Below, piece after piece: positions 19,134-27,069 of a DNA stretch of 64,000 bases (its first letter is position 1; the number at the start of each line of letters is the position of its first letter). Source of the DNA: an uncultured Pseudomonadales bacterium (GTDB lineage Bacteria; Patescibacteriota; Microgenomatia; UBA1400; PJMF01); assembly GCA_964633875.1 (NCBI GenBank), contig CAZWKL010000006.1:19144-83143 (forward strand), written 5' to 3'. The notes beneath the pieces were generated by a model, which was not told the DNA's origin, ran no database searches, and worked only from the letters and a program-made list of their open reading frames with translations. The translations under genes were made by a program, and so were the position numbers.

Positions 19134-19849
19134 TTGCCGCCAAACCGGCGGTTCCGGTGCTGAAATTCTTCCACCAACTCTCCCAATCTTTCAGGCGTAA
19201 AGTCCGGAAAACTAAATTCCGGAAAAAAATACTCGGCGTACTCACTTTGCCAGGACATAAAACCGGAAAGTCTGAATTCGCCGCTGGTTCTGATAATCAT
19301 ATCCGGACGAGGCAGGCCGGCGGTATCCAAATGCTGCTCAATCACTTGCTGGTTAATTTCGTCCGCCCCCACTTCTCCGGCAGACACCTTCTGCGCAATT
19401 TTAGTCATGGCCCGCACCAATTCGTCATGACCGCCATAATTCATGGCCAACGTCACTGTCAGAGTTTTGTTGTTTTTGGTTTCCTCTTCGCCTTTGGCAA
19501 TTCTTTCCTGAATATCCGGAGCCAAACCGGAGCGGTTACCAATCACCCTCACGCGAATATCTTTTTCGCCTAGTTTTTTAATCTTGTGATCAAACATGTA
19601 TCTGAATAAATTCATCAGCCACTCAATTTCTTCTTTGTCGCGATCCCAGTTTTCCGTGCTGAAAATCCAAAAAGTTATGTAGGGAATATTGAGATCAACG
19701 GCGGCATCAACCAATTTTTCAAAAGTTTCCTTAACTGCGAAATCGTGCCCTTTGAAAACCGGCAAGCCTTTGCCGCGCGCCCAACGGCGGTTACCATCGC
19801 AAATAATGGCTATATGTTGGGGATAATTATCTTTTTTTGTTTTTTTCAT
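19130..19849 (-). CDS. uppS: undecaprenyl diphosphate synthase (cis-isoprenyl transferase)
   Basis: IAIICDGNRRWAR motif and the conserved downstream blocks of cis-prenyltransferases. Confidence 0.85.
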   Translation of the reverse strand: MKKTKKDNYPQHIAIICDGNRRWARGKGLPVFKGHDFAVKETFEKLVDAAVDLNIPYITFWIFSTENWDRDKEEIEWLMNLFRYMFDHKIKKLGEKDIRVRVIGNRSGLAPDIQERIAKGEEETKNNKTLTVTLAMNYGGHDELVRAMTKIAQKVSAGEVGADEINQQVIEQHLDTAGLPRPDMIIRTSGEFRLSGFMSWQSEYAEYFFPEFSFPDFTPERLGELVEEFQHRNRRFGGN

Positions 19850-19858
19850 TTTAACCTT

Positions 19859-20734
19859 TTAGCTAATTAAGCCATTAGCTTTCTTGTATTTATAGCTAGC
19901 GAAACTGCTCGCCCCCTCAATACTACTAACCAAAGTACCCACAAATTCCTGGCCAACGAGGCAATTATAAAGATTTTTCGGCTGTAAACCAGAGATAATC
20001 ATCACCTCAATGCCGTTTTTTGCCTGGAGCAGCGACTCTTCAATCTTGTGACCCATGCCGCCGGTCACATCAAAGCCTCTGGTAGCAGCAATCGCCGAGC
20101 GCACCTCATCCAGATTGTTTTCCGAAATTTCCCGGATCACCCGGCCATTTTTGTCCATCACTCCAGGCACTTCGGTTACATGAATAATTTTGCTAATCTT
20201 AAAATCTGAAAACTTCGGCAACTCAACCGCAATATGCCCCAACACTTTTTCCGTCGACCAAATGGTGCAGCCGCGGCTGGTATCCACGATTACATCGCCA
20301 CCGGTTACCGGCAACAAGCCTTTGTGCAGATACTGGCGCAGCACTTCCGCGTTCCAGCTGGCGGCCTGTTGGTTTTCGGTCACCAAAGTATTGCTGTAGC
20401 AATAGCTAATGGCCGGCAAGTGCGCCGACAAAAACTCCCGCACCACAATTCGGTTAAGTTGTAGAGCACTGTCTTGAGTCACCGCCATGCCAAAAACGCT
20501 GTCCTCACGAATAAAACCCTCCTTTGTCTGATACTGCATTGCTGGCGCGTGGGCAAAACTACCTTGACCGTGGCCGACCAGATATTTCTGGCCAGTTTCA
20601 GCCTGCGCCAAAGCAATTTCCCGCACCAAGCGACTGAGATTTTCTTCCCGCACCATCATCGGCACTTCTTTATTGGTGATGACTGAACCGCCGAGTTTAA
20701 TTAAGGTAAGTTGCTGGTTCATATTCTCCTTCAC
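19859..20734 (-). CDS. isopentenyl phosphate kinase-like (amino acid kinase family)
   Basis: N-terminal LIKLGGSVITNK and HGQGSFAH motifs match the IPK family; operon context with uppS. Confidence 0.55.
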   Translation of the reverse strand: MKENMNQQLTLIKLGGSVITNKEVPMMVREENLSRLVREIALAQAETGQKYLVGHGQGSFAHAPAMQYQTKEGFIREDSVFGMAVTQDSALQLNRIVVREFLSAHLPAISYCYSNTLVTENQQAASWNAEVLRQYLHKGLLPVTGGDVIVDTSRGCTIWSTEKVLGHIAVELPKFSDFKISKIIHVTEVPGVMDKNGRVIREISENNLDEVRSAIAATRGFDVTGGMGHKIEESLLQAKNGIEVMIISGLQPKNLYNCLVGQEFVGTLVSSIEGASSFASYKYKKANGLIS

Positions 20735-21335
20735 TTAAATTTAGTTTGTTTAGGAAATCTGTCAGATAAATCAGGCCGTGAACATATGGTCTAAAGGTCA
20801 TGCCGCGCTCAACTGCTTGATTAATCTCAAAAATCAAATCATGATCCATTAAATAACGATGTTGTTCGTCAGAAAGCTCGACCACAAATTGATGCAATCT
20901 GTAAACTCCCCGCGGCTCATACTCGCCAGTTTCATTATTCTTTTTAATTTGATATACCAGGAAATTTTCAATTTTATCAGCTTCTTCACTCACCAAATTA
21001 AAAAACGCAAAAATTTGAGCAAAAGTTTCCGTATCATAGATTGCAGTTCTGACAAGAAGTTCTCGCAATTCCTCATGTAATTCACGAAAAAAAGCTTCGG
21101 TCAAGGACTCTCCTTCTTCGACTACTCCGCCGGGAAACTCCAAATTGGCATGGCCAGGAGAATAATCGTCCAGCACCACTCCCTTATCAATTCCTCCAGA
21201 CACAATTTTCTTTGGATACTCAAACTTGCCACCATTATCCTGGATGTTCGTTTTCATGGCATAGAAATCGCCATTGTGGCCAAAAACGCCAAAAACTCCA
21301 TCTTTAATTCTAATTCCCTCAGATTCTTGCTGCAT
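20697..21335 (-). CDS. NUDIX hydrolase (possibly IPP isomerase type 1-like given operon context)
   Basis: Nudix box GGVVEEGESLTEAFFRELHEELREL. Start taken at the internal Met; the ORF-track start is 21395. Confidence 0.5.
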   Translation of the reverse strand: MQQESEGIRIKDGVFGVFGHNGDFYAMKTNIQDNGGKFEYPKKIVSGGIDKGVVLDDYSPGHANLEFPGGVVEEGESLTEAFFRELHEELRELLVRTAIYDTETFAQIFAFFNLVSEEADKIENFLVYQIKKNNETGEYEPRGVYRLHQFVVELSDEQHRYLMDHDLIFEINQAVERGMTFRPYVHGLIYLTDFLNKLNLSEGEYEPATYLN

Positions 21336-21418
21336 AACAAAACTCCCCTTTGTGAGGCGATACATTAGTCGCAAAAAACAGCAGAAATCACGCAAATTGC
21401 TTTGAAAACTCCTTGCAA

Positions 21419-21763
21419 CTAGCCATAAATGCGGTCAAAACGAATCAGCAAATACAAAAGCAGCACTTGCCAATACAAGCAGAAAAAAGTAATCCAGTTA
21501 GAGAGAAAAGGCAGCCACTCGCAACTAAATGAGCTGGTGCTGCAGGTAAAAAACATTTGCACTACCGGCACCAGCAAAAACCGCCAACCAATAGTAATCA
21601 AGGCCAAAATCAGAGAAGGTAACAGCGTCATCCAGACGAAAACTTTGTCACGCACCAACGACTGCATGGTTTGGTAAGGGTGAAGCAGCAAACCGCCCGA
21701 AATTTGGGCAAGTGCATAAATTATGGAAGTAATTGCCTGGCCTGCGTGCATTTTATGTTTCAA
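21419..21763 (-). CDS. hypothetical membrane protein downstream of the sigma/anti-sigma pair
   Basis: 114 aa with three hydrophobic helices; overlaps the upstream ORF by 11 nt. Confidence 0.3.
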   Translation of the reverse strand: MKHKMHAGQAITSIIYALAQISGGLLLHPYQTMQSLVRDKVFVWMTLLPSLILALITIGWRFLLVPVVQMFFTCSTSSFSCEWLPFLSNWITFFCLYWQVLLLYLLIRFDRIYG

Positions 21764-21947
21764 ATCTCTTAAAAATTTCTAAAACCAAAGCAGAAATAAA
21801 GGATAGAGCTGCCAAAACTTGCCAAGCATAATTGCCAATAACGGCAGTAAGCGGATCAAGTTGGCGGGGTAACAGGCGCTCTTCATTTAGCCTGGCTTGT
21901 AACTTGGCTTCTTGCTGCAATTTAGTAATAAACTTGGTGTTTTTCAT
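21753..21947 (-). CDS. putative anti-sigma factor (small helical + TM protein)
   Basis: 64 aa starting 4 nt after the sigma-factor stop; C-terminal TM helix. Position is typical of ECF anti-sigma factors. Confidence 0.3.
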   Translation of the reverse strand: MKNTKFITKLQQEAKLQARLNEERLLPRQLDPLTAVIGNYAWQVLAALSFISALVLEIFKRFET

Positions 21948-21950
21948 GAT

Positions 21951-22535
21951 TTAGCTCTCCGTCCCATACTCAGCTTGCCACAGCACCCGAAATTCTTCTC
22001 TGGCTCTAAATAAATCGGACTCCACAGCCTTACTAGTCCTGTCCAGCTCCCGGGCAATAGCAGCTACTTTTTTGCCTTCGACATACTTCATCACCAGCAG
22101 ATTTTTGTAGCCGCGGCGCATTTTATTGAGCACAAGCCTGACTTGCTGGGAAATTTCATGCGAATCATGGACCTCTCTACTTAACAACCACTCATGAAGC
22201 GGTAACGTTTCCAAGGTTTTCTTGGCGTAAATTTTGCGGTAGTAATCGGCAACTTCATGCCTGGCAATAGAGTTCATCCAGGTCCAAATACTCGAGTCAC
22301 CCCGGAAAAGTGGCAAGTGTTTCAGGCAATTAAGAAAAGTTTCCTGAACTATTTCCTCAGCGTCTTTAGGATTGGAAACTTTCACCAAAACCACCGCCAG
22401 CAGCCGGTCATAATATGAATTGAACCACTCCTGCACCGCCAGTTTTTCACCTGCTCGCAAACGTTCAAGCAGCTGACTGTCTTTTTTAGTAGCTTTGTTG
22501 GTAGTGGCGCCTGTAGCGCCAATATTCCTAACCAT
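21951..22535 (-). CDS. ECF-type RNA polymerase sigma factor (sigma-70 family regions 2 and 4)
   Basis: Region 2-like EEIVQETFLNCLKHLPLF...WTWMNSIARHEVADYY and region 4 HTH LLVMKYVEGKKVAAIARELDRTSKAVESDLFRAR. Confidence 0.75.
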   Translation of the reverse strand: MVRNIGATGATTNKATKKDSQLLERLRAGEKLAVQEWFNSYYDRLLAVVLVKVSNPKDAEEIVQETFLNCLKHLPLFRGDSSIWTWMNSIARHEVADYYRKIYAKKTLETLPLHEWLLSREVHDSHEISQQVRLVLNKMRRGYKNLLVMKYVEGKKVAAIARELDRTSKAVESDLFRAREEFRVLWQAEYGTES

Positions 22536-22580
22536 AGGTACTAGTATACCTCAACTGTGCTGTAGTATAATATTTTGGTG

Positions 22581-22943
22581 ATGTTGAATAAGCTCGTGCG
22601 TCCGATCTATGCCCAATGTGATCCAGGAAAAGGCAATGTCAATTTGGGTGATTGTTTGGTTTTGAGAGATGACAGAACTATTGCCGAGGTGTATTCCGAA
22701 CCCGCCTTCCTCATTAACCTTCTAGCTCAGAACATTTTCGCCATCGCCGGCGTGGTGTTGTTTTTTATGCTTTTGTTAGCAGGATTTAAATTTGTGGCCG
22801 GCGGCAAAAAGGGTGCCGAAGACGCCAAGAGTATTCTTACCACAGCGATTATCGGCTTCATTATCATGTTTACCGCCTACTGGATTGTGGTGTTGGTAGA
22901 AATTATTACTGGGATAAATATTCCTGTTGGACCCGCGGGATAG
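22581..22943 (+). CDS. VirB2/TrbC-like T4SS pilin-family protein (paralog 3 of 11)
   Basis: Two TM helices flanking GGKKGAEDAKSILTTAIIGFIIM. The ORF-track start 22575 is TTG; the ATG at 22581 lies 9 nt after TATAAT (22566-22571). Confidence 0.5.
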   Translation: MLNKLVRPIYAQCDPGKGNVNLGDCLVLRDDRTIAEVYSEPAFLINLLAQNIFAIAGVVLFFMLLLAGFKFVAGGKKGAEDAKSILTTAIIGFIIMFTAYWIVVLVEIITGINIPVGPAG

Positions 22944-22954
22944 GGATATAAGGC

Positions 22955-23374
22955 ATGAGAGCATCAATTACAACCAAACTACTTCTACTGCTTGCTGTTT
23001 TTGTCTTTTTATTGCCCATGGCAACACCGGCATTTTCTCAAAATTTAGGTCACATTTTCCCCCCACCAGGAGTCAATCAATATCAAGCAGAAGCTGGACT
23101 CACCCATGACCAACCAGCCCTAATCTTCTTTCTTTCAAGAATGATTAGGCTAATTACCGTCGTTGTCGGGCTGTGGGTAATTGTTAATATTACCATAGCC
23201 GCCTTTCACTATATTTCTGGCAGTGGTAGCGCGGAAGCTCACGCTAAAGTACGCAATTTATTAACAATGAGTGTGGCAGGGCTGCTCTTAATAATTGCTT
23301 CCTACACTATTGGCGGTATCCTGGGACTGATTTTCTTTGGGGACGCCACTTATATTTTGAATCCGACGATATAG
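22955..23374 (+). CDS. VirB2/TrbC-like T4SS pilin-family protein (paralog 4 of 11)
   Basis: Signal peptide; C-terminal GSGSAEAHAKVRNLLTMSVAGLLLIIASYTI ... LIFFGDATYILNPT. Confidence 0.5.
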   Translation: MRASITTKLLLLLAVFVFLLPMATPAFSQNLGHIFPPPGVNQYQAEAGLTHDQPALIFFLSRMIRLITVVVGLWVIVNITIAAFHYISGSGSAEAHAKVRNLLTMSVAGLLLIIASYTIGGILGLIFFGDATYILNPTI

Positions 23375-23388
23375 AATAGAAAAACTAA

Positions 23389-23955
23389 ATGATAAAAATA
23401 CTGATAAAACTAACTTTAAGTCTAATTATCCTCGCTGGAGTTATGTTTTCTGTTCCAGCTTATGCCTATGCCCAATGTTCACCAGCTACTGAAGGAGATT
23501 GTGTCAATGGATACATTTGTGTTTGTGGAGAAATTGAAGAGTCCGACGGATCAACGCAAACATATTGCTATCGTGACTCCGCACAATACTGTGGTTCAGA
23601 AAAAGGATTGCAGGTAATTGGACCTATTAGGGCCCCTGATGCGGTTGCTCGATTTAACATTATTAGTACTTCGCATGTTGGTTTGGTGCCATTCCTCTCG
23701 ATCATCATCCGCCTCATCACCATTGTCGCCGGCATCTTTACCATGTTGAATTTTGTGGCTGCTGGGGCCAAATACGTGTTTTCCATGGGCAATACTAACG
23801 CCAATGTTGAAGTGCGGGACAAGTTGCTCTTTAGCGTCATTGGCCTGCTGATTATTGTGGCCTCCTACACCATTGCTGCTTTATTCGGACTGATTTTCTT
23901 TGGGGACGCCACTTTTATCTTGAGGCCAACCTTTACTGGAGCTCTTGACTTATAA
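23389..23955 (+). CDS. VirB2/TrbC-like T4SS pilin-family protein (paralog 5 of 11)
   Basis: Signal peptide; Cys-rich N-domain; C-terminal tail ...LIFFGDATFILRPT nearly identical to the tail of paralog 4. Confidence 0.5.
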   Translation: MIKILIKLTLSLIILAGVMFSVPAYAYAQCSPATEGDCVNGYICVCGEIEESDGSTQTYCYRDSAQYCGSEKGLQVIGPIRAPDAVARFNIISTSHVGLVPFLSIIIRLITIVAGIFTMLNFVAAGAKYVFSMGNTNANVEVRDKLLFSVIGLLIIVASYTIAALFGLIFFGDATFILRPTFTGALDL

Positions 23956-23976
23956 AAATAGGAAATATCAGGTAAA

Positions 23977-24384
23977 ATGAAACAAAAGAAAGCGCCTATG
24001 CCTTTTTGGACACTGATCGCACAAACAGAACTCGGTAGATTTGAGCCTCCTACTGATAGCTTTAGTGAAGGCTCTGACACCACCGAGGGAGCCTTGAGCA
24101 ACTTGGAGCTAATTATTTCCAATTCCTTGGGAGTGATCACTGTTTTAGCTGGGGTCTTCTTTATTTTCTATTTCATTATGGGCGCGTTTCAAATTTTGTC
24201 CGCCGGCGGCGATTCCGGCAAAGTCCAAAGCGGCCAGCAAAGAATTACTCAGGCAGTACTTGGCTTGGTGATTTTGGTAGCTGCTTACGCCATTATTGGT
24301 TTGATTAGCACCGTGCTCGGCCTCAGCCTACTCAATCCTGCTCAAGTCATTCAAGAAAGCTTAATTCCAGGAGGAGGATCATGA
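23977..24384 (+). CDS. VirB2/TrbC-like T4SS pilin-family protein (paralog 6 of 11)
   Basis: SAGGDSGKVQSGQQRITQAVLGLVILVAAYAII between two TM helices. Confidence 0.5.
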   Translation: MKQKKAPMPFWTLIAQTELGRFEPPTDSFSEGSDTTEGALSNLELIISNSLGVITVLAGVFFIFYFIMGAFQILSAGGDSGKVQSGQQRITQAVLGLVILVAAYAIIGLISTVLGLSLLNPAQVIQESLIPGGGS

Positions 24385-24797
24385 ACTTAAAGAAAACCGC
24401 CGCCCAAATTACCCTCTCCTTTAGCACCATGTTAGCTAGTACTTCAGCTGCTCTGGCTCAGATTACCAATCCCGCCATCGGCAACTTAAGTGACACTGAA
24501 GAAGCCGAATCGGGCACTTTGTTCGTGCGGATTTTTATTCAGCTCTGGAACGTCATCATTACTGTTGGCGCGATCATTGTAATTTTCATGTTTTTGTGGG
24601 GAGCGATTGAGTGGATTACCGCGGGCGGTGATTCCGGTAAAATTCAGAGCGCCCAAAAGCGGCTTACCCATGCAGCCTTAGGTCTTTTTCTGCTGGTAAT
24701 GTCTTTTGCTATTATTGAATACATTAGTTACATCTTCTTTGATGGAGAATTTAATATTCTTAACTTAACCCTACCAACAGTAGGTTCGGGAGACTAA
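24381..24797 (+). CDS. VirB2/TrbC-like T4SS pilin-family protein (paralog 7 of 11)
   Basis: Signal peptide; WGAIEWITAGGDSGKIQSAQKRLTHAALGLFLLVMSF; overlaps the previous gene by 4 nt. Confidence 0.5.
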   Translation: MNLKKTAAQITLSFSTMLASTSAALAQITNPAIGNLSDTEEAESGTLFVRIFIQLWNVIITVGAIIVIFMFLWGAIEWITAGGDSGKIQSAQKRLTHAALGLFLLVMSFAIIEYISYIFFDGEFNILNLTLPTVGSGD

Positions 24798-24800
24798 ATT

Positions 24801-25307
24801 ATGTTTAAAAAGAAATTGCTAATAATTTTTACCGCTCTGGCTTTGACACTGACTTCGATCTCAGCGCTAATGATCTCTCCGGAGCCAATGCTGGCGGCCG
24901 ACGAGGCTGGCGCTGGCTTTGGTGGTGGAAGCCAGGATGAAAGCAACAAGAGTATTCAGCTCAATCTGGGTCAGGAAGCCATCGAAAAGGAACTTCCTGG
25001 CAGCGCCAGTTCCGAGGAAGGCAGCCAGACTGCTGGGTTTAGTTATTGGCTTGGTCGAGCCATGTCTATTATTTTAATTGTCGCTGCGCTGCTGGTTTTG
25101 GTCAATTTACTTATGGGCGCCATCAAGTGGATTACCGCGGGCGGTGATTCTGGTAAATTGTCTGAGGCACAAAAACAAATCACCAGCTCCATTATTGGTC
25201 TGATCGTGTTGGCAGCGGTAGTCGCCATCTTCCAGCTGTTGACGGATTTTTTACAGTTAGACTTTATTACTTTTACTAACTCTAGTCCGCAGACAGAGCT
25301 TGACTAA
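24801..25307 (+). CDS. VirB2/TrbC-like T4SS pilin-family protein (paralog 8 of 11)
   Basis: Signal peptide; MGAIKWITAGGDSGKLSEAQKQITSSIIGLIVLAAV. Confidence 0.5.
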   Translation: MFKKKLLIIFTALALTLTSISALMISPEPMLAADEAGAGFGGGSQDESNKSIQLNLGQEAIEKELPGSASSEEGSQTAGFSYWLGRAMSIILIVAALLVLVNLLMGAIKWITAGGDSGKLSEAQKQITSSIIGLIVLAAVVAIFQLLTDFLQLDFITFTNSSPQTELD

Positions 25308-25371
25308 GCACTTCAAGTACTAGTATAATTTTGGTATCGTCTGTATCTTGTAAAATTAACAAAAGGAGATT

Positions 25372-25773
25372 ATGACACAAAACCTTAAACGAATTGCTGT
25401 TGGCGCCGGAGCCTTAGCAACCTCAGCAACAGCTGTTTTTGCAGCAGATGAAATAAGTATTAGAACACCTACCGGATTTTTTGATAACATGGGAACCCTG
25501 ATCAGCGGCCTGCTGAACTTTGTGATAATCATCGCCGCTCTCCTGGTATTCATTTACCTACTGTGGGGAGGAATTGAATGGATCACCTCAGGTGGTGATA
25601 AAGGCAAAACCGAGAGCGCTCGGAATAAGATCACCTCTGCTATTATTGGGTTGATCGTCTTAGCCGCCGCCTGGGCGCTACTGACTATCATTCTCAACTT
25701 CCTTGGTTATGACAACCTCCAACAAGTGTTCAACTTAAACATTGAAGAAGCTACTAGCGGAAATCAGAATTAA
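25372..25773 (+). CDS. VirB2/TrbC-like T4SS pilin-family protein (paralog 9 of 11)
   Basis: Signal peptide; WGGIEWITSGGDKGKTESARNKITSAIIGLIVLAAAWALL. Own TATAAT (25324-25329) and RBS AGGAG (25364-25368); followed by an intrinsic terminator. Confidence 0.55.
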   Translation: MTQNLKRIAVGAGALATSATAVFAADEISIRTPTGFFDNMGTLISGLLNFVIIIAALLVFIYLLWGGIEWITSGGDKGKTESARNKITSAIIGLIVLAAAWALLTIILNFLGYDNLQQVFNLNIEEATSGNQN

Positions 25774-25795
25774 GAAGAACTAGTAATAGTTTCGC

Positions 25796-25825
25796 AAAAA
25801 CCCCCTTTTACTAGGGGGTTTTTGG
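25796..25825 (+). terminator. Rho-independent terminator after pilin paralog 9
   Basis: AAAAACCCCCT-tttact-AGGGGGTTTTT: 6-bp GC stem, 6-nt loop, T-run downstream and A-run upstream (potentially bidirectional). Confidence 0.6.
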
Positions 25826-25848
25826 TTAAAATAGGTTATAATAACTCC

Positions 25849-26409
25849 ATGAAACAAATGTTATTGCTACTTATTCTGGCGGCAGCCGTGGTATTTTTAG
25901 CTGGCAACGCTAACGCTGATAGTCCTGAAAATTTAGCCAGCAACCGCCTGTACACGATTGTGGATCAAGAAACCGGAGAAGTGGTGAGCACCACCTCCGC
26001 GGAAACTATTTACTATGCTACCACTTCTGCCTTAAGGGCCGATTCCACCTCTGTGCCTACAACTACTACGCCTAGACGAGGACTTTTTTACCCGATTGAC
26101 ATTATCATTCCACGGGGTTTCTTCGATAACATTTCTGAACTAATCAATGGCCTTCTCCGGCTCTTAATGATTGTTGCCGCTCTTTTGGTTTTTGTTTACC
26201 TGCTTTGGGGAGGGATAGAGTGGATTACTTCCGGCGGTGACAAAGGCAAAACCGAGAGCGCTCGGAATAAAATTACCTCTGCTATTATTGGTTTGATTAT
26301 TATGGCTGCCGCCTGGGCACTGCTGACTATCGTGTTGAATTTCCTGGGCTACGCCGGTTTGGAAGACGTGCTCAACCAAAACATCAATGAAGCCGTGTCA
26401 AGACAGTAG
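25849..26409 (+). CDS. VirB2/TrbC-like T4SS pilin-family protein (paralog 10 of 11)
   Basis: ORF-track 25822..26409 starts inside the terminator; the Met at 25849 begins signal peptide MKQMLLLLILAAAVVFLAG. The C-terminal 80 aa are about 85% identical to paralog 9. Confidence 0.55.
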   Translation: MKQMLLLLILAAAVVFLAGNANADSPENLASNRLYTIVDQETGEVVSTTSAETIYYATTSALRADSTSVPTTTTPRRGLFYPIDIIIPRGFFDNISELINGLLRLLMIVAALLVFVYLLWGGIEWITSGGDKGKTESARNKITSAIIGLIIMAAAWALLTIVLNFLGYAGLEDVLNQNINEAVSRQ

Positions 26410-26831
26410 TGTTATACTATAGCTATATGTTTAAGCGCCTTGCTTTCACTTTGTTCACATTTCTCACTGCCAGTGCGTTGCTACTAAGCGTGCCGGCTCA
26501 AGCCGCCGCCCAATCGCAGGTGTGGGATGGTGTCTGCGTAGAAGAAGGAGATGTCGCTACCATCCAGGGCCTAGAGTGCTTGATTGCTAACATTTTTGCC
26601 GTGATTATCACTCTGATTGGCTTTGCCGGCTTTGTGATGTTCATTATTGGTTCTTTTCGTTGGATGCTGTCAGGTGGCAGCAGTAAAGGCGTGGAAACCG
26701 CCCGCAACACTATGACTTACGCGGTGGTGGGATTGGTAGTAGCCCTCAGTGCTTTTATTATTCTGAACCTAATTGCCGACTTTACCGGAGTAGGAGTGAT
26801 TACTAAATTTTTCATCCCCAGGTCCAATTAA
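26409..26831 (+). CDS. VirB2/TrbC-like T4SS pilin-family protein (paralog 11 of 11)
   Basis: Signal peptide; IGSFRWMLSGGSSKGVETARNTMTYAVVGLVVALSAFIIL; start overlaps the previous stop. Confidence 0.5.
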   Translation: MLYYSYMFKRLAFTLFTFLTASALLLSVPAQAAAQSQVWDGVCVEEGDVATIQGLECLIANIFAVIITLIGFAGFVMFIIGSFRWMLSGGSSKGVETARNTMTYAVVGLVVALSAFIILNLIADFTGVGVITKFFIPRSN

Positions 26832-27069
26832 TTTATAAATTAGCAATAGAGTTCAAATACACCGGCGCATAAAAAAGACACACTATTGATTTTCTCTTAA
26901 TATGGTATGCAGTCATTTTCAATGTAAACCATATTAAGGCCAGACAAGGGAAGTTTGAGGGTCGCAATTGGCTTTCCAGTAAAGAGGCGCTGCAGCGGTA
27001 TGTCAAAAATAGAGAACGAATGAGGTAAGGGGTTGGTTCCACCCCACCAATACCTGATATAATTGGCTT

